DNA from: an uncultured Desulfobulbia bacterium
GTDB taxonomy: Bacteria > Desulfobacterota > Desulfobulbia > Desulfobulbales > S012-135
Direction of reading: 5' to 3'
Assembly: GCA_964423785.1 (NCBI GenBank)
Contig: CAYRGZ010000001.1
Location: forward strand, 9,782-73,781
Length of the DNA: 64,000 bases
The notes under the pieces are model-generated. The model saw only the letters and a program-made list of their open reading frames with translations, was not told the DNA's origin and searched no databases. A program made the position numbers and the translations under genes. Shown one piece after another: positions 26,702 to 35,359 of the stretch; positions within the stretch are counted from its first letter, which is position 1; each line of letters starts with the position of its first letter.

Positions 26702-28140
26702 TATGGCATCAGCATCCGGTGCCACATACGGATACCGGTATTCCGGCGGATGAGATCGGCGAGGGTCGCTTGCCACCTGCCGTTCTCGGCGCCGTGGTGC
26801 ACTCCTTCGTGGTCGGCCCCTAGGATGAGGTCCTCGCGGCTGTATTCACGCCGATAAGGACTCGGAATATATCGATCTGGCCCCCCTTCGTCCACCCAAA
26901 CGCGGTATTTCCCCATGTGGTTCCATTCGGTGATGACCAGGTTTCCGACACGCAGCAGCAGCGCCGCATGATCGGCCTGGATGCCGGGGCCGCGTTTGAG
27001 TCGCCCGTATCGGTTGGAGTCCCCCCCGAGCATCCGGCTCGCTTCGGGCACGATTTTAGGGTGTAAGACGACCCAGGCATCCCGGATATGGCCGGCCCGC
27101 AGATAAGCGGTCCAGAAAGCCTTACGGTACTTCCAGTGCCGCCTTGCGGTCTCGTCCGTCCTGGCTACGTACTCCAGCAGAAGAAAAAAGTCGTCCAAGG
27201 TTTCCTTTACCAGCCAACTCTGCACGACCGCTCGTGCTTCGCTCGAGACGCCCACCCATCCTCCAGCCCCGAGCCGTGGGTCTCCGAAATAGGCGAGCAC
27301 GAACTCCTTGATCTGTTTTCGAAAGGGGTCTGGAAGGGTGCGTCGGGTGAAGGGCAGGAGTAAAGCGTGGGCTAGGCCGACCTTGAGGGCAGGCTGCTTG
27401 AAACGCAGTTCGTTCCCCGCAGCATTGGGAACCAGCGCAAAGGCAAGAAGCCTTTCGAGACGCTCCAGTCCGAAGTCGGCAAGACCCAGGCGCTGCTCGC
27501 AAAGGGCAAGGCCCCGCTCGAAGGCGGCCTCCACCAAACCCTGGCGGGAGAGGTGCCCAGTCAAGGTGGCTGCGGCGAGGTGTTTGTCGATCGAGGCCGT
27601 GCTGTCCAGAAGTTCGGTAATCAGTTTTTCTGGAGCGTCAGCGGCAAGAATGCCGAAACGTTCGTCCGCCTCGACGAGTCTCCTGCAACGCCGTTGTGTA
27701 GAGCCCGCGAGGAGCGTACGCACCCTCGAACGGACCGGATCGAAGATAGACGTTCCACGTGGATAGGCCTTCAGGAAGGCCTGGCAAAGGGCGATGATAA
27801 CGTCAGGGATGGCTTCCTGGGTGACACGCTCAAGGTACGCTCGCAACAGTGACTCGTGTAGAGCAAGGGGATGTTGTCCATTCCAGTTTTCGAAGATTAC
27901 CCAGGCCGCGAGACGCAGCTCCAGCCGGCTGAAATCTTGAAGGGACCTCTTTCGCTGTGCCACATCCTGCAACATCCGCCAAATTTCGTCCAGGTCCTGC
28001 CGAGAAGGGATCCTTACGGGGACTTCGGAAAACTGCGCGATGATCTGTTGGTGGGCCTGGGCGAGCTTTTTCGGCTCCCTGGGGACCGGTTCTCGGAATG
28101 GGAGACGCCAGTAGTGTAGTTGCTCCTTCAAGCTCGTCAC
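26701..28140 (-). CDS. zorC: ZorC-like protein (expected EH-signature domain) of type I Zorya
   Basis: 479-aa soluble protein in the third position of a zorA-zorB-X-SNF2 operon, with a GTGA overlap with zorB. I cannot verify the EH_Signature domain by eye, so the call rests on synteny and size. Confidence 0.65.
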   Translation of the reverse strand: MTSLKEQLHYWRLPFREPVPREPKKLAQAHQQIIAQFSEVPVRIPSRQDLDEIWRMLQDVAQRKRSLQDFSRLELRLAAWVIFENWNGQHPLALHESLLRAYLERVTQEAIPDVIIALCQAFLKAYPRGTSIFDPVRSRVRTLLAGSTQRRCRRLVEADERFGILAADAPEKLITELLDSTASIDKHLAAATLTGHLSRQGLVEAAFERGLALCEQRLGLADFGLERLERLLAFALVPNAAGNELRFKQPALKVGLAHALLLPFTRRTLPDPFRKQIKEFVLAYFGDPRLGAGGWVGVSSEARAVVQSWLVKETLDDFFLLLEYVARTDETARRHWKYRKAFWTAYLRAGHIRDAWVVLHPKIVPEASRMLGGDSNRYGRLKRGPGIQADHAALLLRVGNLVITEWNHMGKYRVWVDEGGPDRYIPSPYRREYSREDLILGADHEGVHHGAENGRWQATLADLIRRNTGIRMWHRMLMP

Positions 28141-28940
28141 AATCGTTTTTCCAGCTGTCGTATCACGGTGAGATCGGTACGAGGAGGTGTCATGATGAAC
28201 CGTAGGTCGATGCGACGATTGGCCGCATCGGGAGTCGGTACCGGGTGGGGATGGCGTGGTCGCCCTTCCCCATAGCCGACGACACCGAATACCGGGAACC
28301 CATTCTGGTTCCGAAGCTCAGCAAGAGTTGGTTGCATGGCCAACACCATGGTGCGGTAGGTATACATGGCGCGTTGGGCTGAGAGGTCCCAATTGTCGCG
28401 ATAGCGTCCCCTCGTATAAGGGACATTGTCGGTATGGCCCTCAATGAAGACTGATTCCAACCTGCCCGCGTAGCGTTCGTCACATCTTTGTGGAGGAGTT
28501 GGTGCCGCCGCGTAACATGGGAGGATATCTTCGAGAACCGCAGCGATTACGGCCAATTTGCGCTTTTCAGGAGGCGGCAGTTCAGCTTTTCCACTCGGGA
28601 AGTGGATCGCCTGTTCGGTCAGGTGCAAGATGCCGTGCTCGGTGTCTACCTCCACCTGAATTCCTTGGGCCTCTAGTCGATGGCGAATGAGGCTCAACAT
28701 ATCGGCACGAAGGGCTCGGGTATTGGTCATATACTCAAGAGTTTTCGCCAATCGATCCCGCTCCTGCATCGTTTTGGCCGTCTCTTTTTCGTGCATGGCG
28801 GTCGCCCTTTGAAAGCTTAGAACAAAGGCCATGAGAGTAATAATGAAGATAAAGAGCAGTGAAGCCATCAAGTCGCTGATAGATATGAAGTAGTTTGCCT
28901 CTTCGCCTTCTGATAATGTTTGCTCCACGACTTCCTTCAT
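28137..28940 (-). CDS. zorB: ZorB, MotB/OmpA-like stator subunit of Zorya
   Basis: Single N-terminal TM helix with a conserved Asp (ISISDLMASLLFIFII) and a C-terminal OmpA/MotB peptidoglycan-binding motif (FIEGHTDNVPY...NWDLSAQRA). ATGA overlap with zorA. Confidence 0.85.
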   Translation of the reverse strand: MKEVVEQTLSEGEEANYFISISDLMASLLFIFIITLMAFVLSFQRATAMHEKETAKTMQERDRLAKTLEYMTNTRALRADMLSLIRHRLEAQGIQVEVDTEHGILHLTEQAIHFPSGKAELPPPEKRKLAVIAAVLEDILPCYAAAPTPPQRCDERYAGRLESVFIEGHTDNVPYTRGRYRDNWDLSAQRAMYTYRTMVLAMQPTLAELRNQNGFPVFGVVGYGEGRPRHPHPVPTPDAANRRIDLRFIMTPPRTDLTVIRQLEKRL

Positions 28941-30715
28941 CGCTCAGTCCTCTGAATGGGCCATTGTCGCTGCCAGTCCAGTTTCGACACGGTTTGCTGC
29001 AAACGCGAGACCGCCTCAGTGAGATCCTCGCCTCCATCTCCAATCTCTTTGGCAACCCCAGCCAGCGTGGAGCTGATTTCCGCCATATAGCCACTCACCT
29101 TCGCCAAGAATTCTTCCCCTGCCTGGTGATAACCGTCCAACCATTCTTGCAATTCCCGGAAGGTGTGGGCCAAGGATTCGTCCACTTTGTCGAAACGGGC
29201 CTCATAGTTTTGCCAATTGGCCGTGAGTTGGTCTGCAATCTGCCGATAATCCTGCACAGCCCTTGCGATGGAGCCTGCCGCCTGCTCCACTTCCTTAACG
29301 ACTTCCCGGGCTTGGTTGACCGCCCCCTGGGCCTTTTCCGCTGCCTCGCAAAAAGCGGCAGCCGTCCGCTCCAGTGTGCCGTGAGACCGTTTACTGGAGG
29401 CGATCAGTTGATCAAGGTACTCCATGAGTTCCGTGGCGTTGCTCAGAACCGCTTGGATATCATCTGCGGAGTTGGAAAGATTGCCTACCGTTTCTTTGAA
29501 CGTTTCGGTGGTTTTGTCGAGTTCCTCGGCCATCCTACCCACGGAGGCATCAAGCCGGGAGAACATTTTTTCGACCGAATCCGTGAATTCCTTCCGCAGT
29601 GTTGTAGCACTTTCCTCAAGGAGTTCGGCCATGCTTTGCGCAGAGTCTTCGGATTGCCGACGCATCTGCTCTTGTTGCTCGGTTACCGTTTCGATCTGCC
29701 GGGTAAGTATGGTCGAGAGGCCTTTGATGGTATCGGCCAGATCATGAAGTTCCTCCCCAGCGATTCCGTGGAGAGCCGTTATGAACTCGGTGGACAAGGT
29801 GCGCAAGCTCTCCTCGTCGGCCTGGGCTTGCTGGCGGCCAAATTCCTCGACCGCTTTCCACACCTTGTCGAGAGCCTTTGTTAATGGCGCAGTTACCGAA
29901 GCGTCTAACGTGCCAGGCATGGCGCTGGCGATGGCCTTCTCTAGAGATTCCTTGAGCTGGAAAGAAAGTTGTTCGGTGAACTGCTCCAACACCAACGATT
30001 GCTGTCGGCTTTGGCTCAGCATGTTCTGACTCAGCTGCTCAAGGGTGATTCTGCGTAGGCGCTTGTGCAGACCACTCACCCATTCCTGACGTAATCTACC
30101 AAAACGGTATAATCGGCGCTTCTCGAACCCCGAAAAGAGAAGCGATGTGATGAGTCCAACGATGGAGGTCAAGAAGGCCAACGAGGCTCCTCCCAGCAGG
30201 TGTTGCAAGGCTACGTGCGCCAGTTGCGGCTTTGCGAGACCATTGCCAGCGAGATGAATACCCCCAGCAAGGCCCACGAATGTTCCCAGAATACCGACAC
30301 CGGTTAAGAGGTTGGGAAGCGCATTGTAATATCGAAGATTGATCTGACTGCGCAACAGAGCATCCTCGGAGAAGAAGGCCGCTGCGCTCTGGGAATGGTA
30401 GATCACGGTTTCAGGATCGACCGCCGTTGGAAATAGCAAGGTCTCCCTGAACTCATTCCATGAATTCCGTAAAAAATCCATTTTGCTAATACTTTCATCT
30501 AATTCATGGAATCGTATAGCCATGTCATTCGCATCATCAAATTTTTCAAGTATGCTATTTGCTTCTCTCATGCAATGAAGAATAGGGTCGAAGATGTTTT
30601 TGAATCGCCAACGTGAATAGATAAACCATAAAAATATAATAATACAAAATATTAGGATGCCCCATAGAGAGGTGACTGCTCTCGCAAGAAAATCGATGAT
30701 GTCGAGGAAAATCAT
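28937..30715 (-). CDS. zorA: ZorA, MotA/ExbB/TolQ-like proton-channel subunit with long coiled-coil tail (Zorya)
   Basis: N-terminal TM helix, then MotA/ExbB-type helices (LPNLLTGVGILGTFVGLAGG; ASLAFLTSIVGLITSLLFSG), followed by ~370 aa of heptad-rich, E/Q/A/L-rich sequence. 592 aa. Confidence 0.85.
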   Translation of the reverse strand: MIFLDIIDFLARAVTSLWGILIFCIIIFLWFIYSRWRFKNIFDPILHCMREANSILEKFDDANDMAIRFHELDESISKMDFLRNSWNEFRETLLFPTAVDPETVIYHSQSAAAFFSEDALLRSQINLRYYNALPNLLTGVGILGTFVGLAGGIHLAGNGLAKPQLAHVALQHLLGGASLAFLTSIVGLITSLLFSGFEKRRLYRFGRLRQEWVSGLHKRLRRITLEQLSQNMLSQSRQQSLVLEQFTEQLSFQLKESLEKAIASAMPGTLDASVTAPLTKALDKVWKAVEEFGRQQAQADEESLRTLSTEFITALHGIAGEELHDLADTIKGLSTILTRQIETVTEQQEQMRRQSEDSAQSMAELLEESATTLRKEFTDSVEKMFSRLDASVGRMAEELDKTTETFKETVGNLSNSADDIQAVLSNATELMEYLDQLIASSKRSHGTLERTAAAFCEAAEKAQGAVNQAREVVKEVEQAAGSIARAVQDYRQIADQLTANWQNYEARFDKVDESLAHTFRELQEWLDGYHQAGEEFLAKVSGYMAEISSTLAGVAKEIGDGGEDLTEAVSRLQQTVSKLDWQRQWPIQRTER

Positions 30716-31089
30716 ACCGTCAGTCCGTAAACTTTCACGTTGTCGGCTATCCGATGGGCGGCTGGGTTCGACAGTTCCAGCTAGTCCTGGGTTTTCGGCC
30801 GAAAATCAAGACCCCGGCGCAATCCCGCTTCTGGCGTGGGGTTCGGCTGGCACGATTTTTTCGCGTGTGCCTACGTCATTGCACCTGTTTTCTGCACTCG
30901 GTCATTCGCTCCGCTCACCACCTGCTGAATCCCGAAAACCCGCTTGGGGAGCGGGATTGCGAGCGATTTGAGCAAGCTGACCGCCCCCTTGGGCAGCTCG
31001 TTTGCCTGAATTGCGTATTCCGATGAAAATGATCACCCATTCCGACGAAATCGATCACCGTGCGGAGCGAAGCGGCGCTGGTGGAAAAA

Positions 31090-31467
31090 TCATACCGTCA
31101 AGTGATCGTTTTCAGCAAGTGGCGACCGTATCTTCCGTTGTGAGTCTCCCTTGAGTTTCAGCCGATGGGCGTTGTGAATGATCCGGTCAAGGATAGCATC
31201 GGCGAGAGTGGGGTCTGGTATGCGCTGGTGCCACTCGGCCACCGGTACCTGGGTCACCAGGGCGGTGGAGTTCACGTTGTAGCGATCATCGAAAATTTCA
31301 AGGAGATCCCTTGCCTGGGCGGCTGAGAGTGGATCTCGCAGCCAGTCGTCGATGATGAGGAGGTTGAACTTGGCCAGTGTGTTGAGCAGCTTTGGGTAGG
31401 ACCCGTCGGCGTGACTCTGGGTCAGCTCCTGGATGAGTCGCGATGTCCGGGCATACCGGACGGTGAG
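31090..31467 (-). pseudogene. IS21-family IstB helper ATPase, C-terminal fragment
   Basis: ...FNLLIIDDWLRDPLSAAQARDLLEIFDDRYNVNSTALVTQVPVAEWHQRIPDPTLADAILDRIIHNAHRLKLKGDSQR carries the IstB Walker-B to C-terminus region. It is fused in frame to an unrelated transposase in the 563-aa track ORF. Two ~20-bp tandem repeats lie downstream (about 31017-31060: TTCCGATGAAAATGATCACC / TTCCGACGAAATCGATCACC), like IS21 multiple terminal repeats. Confidence 0.7.
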
Positions 31468-32879
31468 TCCTTGGCGGCAGGCGGCCTGGCGTTCCATCAT
31501 GCGCTCCAGCAAGAGGGCCAGGACGCAGATTTTCACATGGGCCTCGATACGCCGGGGAAGCCAGTGGTAGACCGGCATGATCTTCAGCTGGGTGCGCTTG
31601 AGCGACCGAAAACACCGCTCGATCACCATGAGCGAGCGGTAGCCTGTGGCCGCATCCTCCACCGTGAGCGTGGGGTCGTTGGTTTCAACCACCCACTTGC
31701 CGTCGTACCGCTTCGCATCCTGGACCGCTTTGCGGTCAATCCGGAGCTTGCCCTTGTCGGTCACCGTGAGATAGGGACCGAAGCGGCGGGAGGCCAGCAG
31801 CTCCACCGCCCACTTGCGGGAGGCATCCCGGTCCTTGTGCCGGGCGAGCTCTTCTTCGAGCAGATGGACGATCTCCGCCCGGTGCTCCTGCTGCCGCTTG
31901 GCCTCCTGCGGGTTGAAGCACAGGACGTAACGCTTGCCTGTGCTCACGACGACTTCCTTGGCGAACAGGTTCTCGCTGATCTTCCGGTACCGGCCCGGGG
32001 CGGAGAGGACTTCGTCTCCGATCTCCTTGACGCTGCGCATCCGGCTGGCCAGGAGATAGGTGCCGCACGCCTTGGCGAGTTCCTTGCGGTTCCCCGCCGA
32101 GTTCATGCCGGCGTCGGCCACGAACAAGGCCCGTCCCAGGTTCCAGCCGCGCAGGTCCTTCTTGACGGTTTCGACCGTCGTGAAATCGGACGTATTGCCG
32201 GGGAACACCCAACTCTTGACCGGGAACCCCTCGCGGGTGACAGCCAGGGCCACGACCACCTGGGGCGCCCAGAAGCCCTCCTTGGCATGACCATACCGGC
32301 GCAGTTCGTCTTCCTCGTCCACCATGAACGAGACCGTGGTGGTGTCGTAGAAGATCACGTCCACGGTGAGGTTCATCAGGTTTGCAACCTGAAAGAAGAT
32401 CTCCCGCTCGATCTCGGCCGCATGCTCGGCCAGTACGTTCATGGCCTCGTACATCTGCCGCAGCTTCAGGTCCTGACACTCCGGCAAGTACACCGTATCG
32501 AGCCACCGCTCCCAGACGCCGAGCTTCGATTCCGGCTGACAGAGCCGATTGGCCACCATGGCCAAGAGCGCCTTGTCGTACGGCACGTTCTTGCTCCGGG
32601 AAAGCCGACGTATGGTCTTGCCGATACCGAGGCGTTCCCAGAGGACCGCCGTAGCCACGACCGTGCCGTACTCCAGGGTCCTCTTGAGCTTGACGTCCTT
32701 GGGCAGGCAGCCCGCTCGCAGTCCTCGTCCTTGGCAGGGTCGATCACCTCGACACCGCAGACCCGGGCGATGGAGCGGCAAAGCCGGACCAAGGCCTCGC
32801 GGTCCAACTGATCGGCGCGGCCGAAGTTGCGGAACTTTCTATCCGGTTGAAACGACGAGAAAAAATTTCGCGGCCCCAT
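31468..32879 (-). pseudogene. IS1634-family (IS4-like) transposase, frameshifted and 3'-truncated
   Basis: The body ...FYDTTTVSF...ALFVADAGMNS...YRSLMVIERCFRSLKRTQLKIMPVYHWLPRRIEAHVKICVLALLLERMMERQ is IS1634-type. The N-terminus (MGPRNFFSSFQPDRKFRNFGRADQLDREALVRLCRSIARVCG...) lies in another frame (ORF 32466-32879). The C-terminus is replaced by the istB fragment. Confidence 0.7.
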
Positions 32880-32946
32880 AAAAGTCGACCTACAAACCGA
32901 AAACTCTGGCCAAACCGAAAACTCCGGCCGGACAAGGACAAAGTAT

Positions 32947-32982
32947 AGCCCCTCTCGGTGATACCGGAAGGGGCTTTTTTTG
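32947..32982 (+). terminator. Possible Rho-independent terminator (orphan)
   Basis: AGCCCCTctCGGTgatACCGgaAGGGGCT followed by TTTTTTT. No intact plus-strand gene lies upstream, so it may be a relic of island cargo. Confidence 0.35.
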
Positions 32983-32993
32983 GTTTTCGTGCC

Positions 32994-33022
32994 GTAAAAA
33001 GTGGGGACAGAGTGGGGACTGG
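32994..33022 (+). promoter_or_regulatory. Putative integrase arm-type binding site (right)
   Basis: 29 bp identical to 21249-21277, located ~60 bp inside attR. Confidence 0.5.
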
Positions 33023-33079
33023 GGACCGAAAAGGCGAAAAGTCCTTAGCGGAATAGGGCTGCTAACTCCTTGATTTTAT

Positions 33080-33156
<77 letters not shown>

Positions 33157-33246
33157 GCGTCGGTCGGCAGTGCAGGACGACGAAACGCTCAACTACTAGC
33201 ACGCCGCCGGGGAATTTGCAACTGCAAGCATCGCCGGCGTGGAAGA

Positions 33247-34068
33247 TTACCGTTGGCAGGAAGGACAAAAGAATGTGGATCGGCCGGCGAGTCGTATGCG
33301 CGCAACCGGTTGGCCGCAGGCAGGGCAGGGGGCGTCGTGGCGACCGTAGACCGCCAGGGTGAGCTGGAAATAGCCCGGACGGCCGCTGGCATCAACGAAG
33401 TCGGCAATAGTGGTGCCTCCCTGGTCGATGGCCGCCTGGAGCACTCGGCGGGTGTGGCGCACGAGACGCTGCCATTCACGGTCGTCGATGTCGCTTACTG
33501 GCCGGGTCGGTGCGATCCCGGCGGCATGGAGGATCTCGCAGGCATAGATGTTGCCGATGCCGGCTACCACCCGGCCGTCCATGAGAAAGCTTTTTACCGG
33601 CTGGCGGCGGCCGGCGGCGCGTGCCTGCAAATAAGCGGCTGTGAAATCCGCCGCCAGTGGTTCGGGGCCGAGATCAGAGAAGAGTGCCTGCCAGTCGTCC
33701 CCTGGGGGAACCAGGCGGAGGGAACCGAAGCGGCGGGGATCGGAAAAGCGTAGTTCCATGCCGTTGTCGAGTTTGATGCGGCAATGTTCGTGTGCCAGGC
33801 GTTTGGCCGAGGCCGGGAGCACGCCGAGCCGTCCCGTCATGCCGAGATGGATGATGAGCACGGCGCCGTTGTCGAAAAAGAGGAGCAGGTTCTTGCCCCG
33901 GCGGCCGGTATCCTGGCAGCGGCCACCGATCAGCCAGCGGCGGATGGCCGTCCGGGGCACCGGCAGTCGCAGCCGCTTGTTGGAAAACCCTATTCCGCGC
34001 ACCACTCGGTTGGCAATCAGGGGATCGATCCCCCGGCGCACTACCTCTACTTCGGGCAGTTCCGGCAT
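33247..34068 (-). CDS. mutM: Formamidopyrimidine-DNA glycosylase (Fpg/MutM)
   Basis: MPELPEVEVVRRGI... N-terminus (catalytic Pro2) and a C-terminal zinc finger CPACG...CPSCQR. ATG at 34068; the longer track ORF was rejected. Confidence 0.92.
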   Translation of the reverse strand: MPELPEVEVVRRGIDPLIANRVVRGIGFSNKRLRLPVPRTAIRRWLIGGRCQDTGRRGKNLLLFFDNGAVLIIHLGMTGRLGVLPASAKRLAHEHCRIKLDNGMELRFSDPRRFGSLRLVPPGDDWQALFSDLGPEPLAADFTAAYLQARAAGRRQPVKSFLMDGRVVAGIGNIYACEILHAAGIAPTRPVSDIDDREWQRLVRHTRRVLQAAIDQGGTTIADFVDASGRPGYFQLTLAVYGRHDAPCPACGQPVARIRLAGRSTFFCPSCQR

Positions 34069-34111
34069 CGGTTGCTCCCACTTCGTCGTTGCCGAATATC
34101 GCAAGGATACA

Positions 34112-34156
34112 AGTAAAAACACCCCGGCTGGGAAAAGCAACCCGCCGGGGTGTTTC
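34112..34156 (-). terminator. Rho-independent terminator downstream of the cytochrome c gene
   Basis: Minus strand: AACACCCCGGC-gggttgcttttccca-GCCGGGGTGTT followed by TTTTACTT. The stem is 11 bp and GC-rich. Confidence 0.65.
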
Positions 34157-34175
34157 GTTTCCGTACGAGACGCGT

Positions 34176-34496
34176 TCACTCTTTGCCGAGGCTTTGGATA
34201 TACATCTTGAGCGATCGCATTTCCACTTTGCGGCCGTCGATTTTCTGACCTCCTAAGGGGCCGGTGATGCACCGGTTGATCATTTTGGAGAGGTTTTTCT
34301 TGCTGCCGGCGTGTTCCAATCCCTTGCCGTTTTCATGGCAGCTGTTGCAACTTTTTTCATTTGTGGAGCCACCAAGAGTTGAATCGTTGAAGAGTTTCTT
34401 GCCCAGTTCTACGGATGATTCGGCACACAGGCCAGGGACTGCCGTGCCGATACCTAAGGCAATGAAGCCAGTTATGGCGACCAGTTTCTTGTTCAT
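34176..34496 (-). CDS. Monoheme c-type cytochrome, secreted
   Basis: ATG at 34496 follows a strong AGGAGGA. Signal peptide MNKKLVAITGFIALGIGTAVPGLCA and a single CXXCH motif (CNSCH). Confidence 0.8.
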   Translation of the reverse strand: MNKKLVAITGFIALGIGTAVPGLCAESSVELGKKLFNDSTLGGSTNEKSCNSCHENGKGLEHAGSKKNLSKMINRCITGPLGGQKIDGRKVEMRSLKMYIQSLGKE

Positions 34497-34706
34497 AGAC
34501 TTCCTCCTTTGGGCTGAATGAAATGAAGGGGTTATCAAGAATTATGATAGGCGATGCCCTTGAAAAAGGCAAATGAAAAACCTGATCAAGGAGTTCTCCA
34601 ACCCCTAAAGAGTGACATGATGGTTCTGGAAGAATGGCGCTTTCTGGGAAGCGGAAAATTCCGCAAAACCGGATTCGCAAAACCGGAAAGGGAAGGGCGG
34701 AGACGG

Positions 34707-35270
34707 CTACAGGTTGAAATGGTGATGGAGTTCTTGGGAGATGGTGTTGTCGACAAAGGAAAGTCCGGCCCGATACCGGCCGCTTTCTCGATCCGGAATA
34801 CTCCAGCGCACCTCGCCGATGCCGGAGAACCGTTTATTGTGCTGGGGAGAGAGAAGTTGGAAGTGCAGGACTCGCGCGAGGGGCAGTTTTTTTGCGCTTT
34901 GCAGGCCGAGTCCTCCAAGGCTGAGATCAATGGTGATCGCGTCGCTGTCGATGATGTCCACCGGCTTGCCGTGGGCGTCGCAGCTGGAGAGGACGAGGGG
35001 GAGTCGATTGCGATGACGGGGAAAATGCCGGCGGCTGTCCTGGATCGCCTCTTCTCTCGCTGTCTGCCTGAGTAGTTGGCGGCCGCGGAGATACTGCTGG
35101 CATTCGGGGAAACGGGGCGTCTTGCAGAACTCCTCCATGTGTTCCGGCAGCGGGATGTATAAACCACCTTTGGTCATCGTGCAGGTTCCGTCACTGACCG
35201 TTTGGAAGTAAGGGCAATTGTTCTGTTTCATCGAGGAGCGTGGATTAGACGGTTGAAGACTGGCAAACAT
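34707..35270 (-). CDS. PilZ domain protein with Cys-rich N-terminal domain
   Basis: PilZ motifs RRHFPRHRNR...DLSLGGLGL. The N-terminus has 4 Cys (CPYF..C..-..C..PEC). The start is uncertain (ATG at 35270 or 35231; the track start 35282 is TTG). Confidence 0.7.
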   Translation of the reverse strand: MFASLQPSNPRSSMKQNNCPYFQTVSDGTCTMTKGGLYIPLPEHMEEFCKTPRFPECQQYLRGRQLLRQTAREEAIQDSRRHFPRHRNRLPLVLSSCDAHGKPVDIIDSDAITIDLSLGGLGLQSAKKLPLARVLHFQLLSPQHNKRFSGIGEVRWSIPDRESGRYRAGLSFVDNTISQELHHHFNL

Positions 35271-35340
35271 GCCAGCATGCAAGCGGAGGGCGTTGGCCCG
35301 TTCGCATATTCTTGCAGGATATGGACGTGTATTTTATTCC

Positions 35341-35356
35341 AGCAAGGTTTGTGCCG
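35341..35356 (-). promoter_or_regulatory. Candidate sigma-54 (-24/-12) promoter upstream of the PilZ gene
   Basis: Minus strand reads CGGCAC-AAACC-TTGCT, against the consensus TGGCAC-N5-TTGCW. It starts 4 nt after the stop of the adjacent sigma-54 activator gene. Confidence 0.5.
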
Positions 35357-35359
35357 GTC

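Noticed and set aside
23837-26776. Longer ZorD ORF starting at GTG 26776
   Set aside because: It would overlap zorC by 76 nt. The ATG at 26701 gives the 1-nt TAATG junction, consistent with the tight coupling seen at the other two Zorya junctions. The longer form cannot be formally excluded.
30845-30861. Sigma-54-like motif CTGGCACGATTTTTTCGC upstream region of the island
   Set aside because: The GG-N10-GC spacing is not satisfied (the -12 element is TTTC/TCGC), and there is no downstream plus-strand gene.
31411-32811. 466-aa plus-strand ORF
   Set aside because: It is antisense to the IS1634/IstB remnants, where clear transposase motifs are present on the opposite strand.
33247-34272. 341-aa extended ORF for mutM; also extended ORFs for rpsU (53225-53623), ddl (54897-), flgF (57640-), msbA (-17343) and the GT9 gene (-12707)
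   Set aside because: The N-terminal extensions have no homology-like features. They run through intergenic repeats or upstream genes and start with non-ATG codons. Internal ATGs give canonical N-termini (PELPEVE, MIEVEV, and so on).
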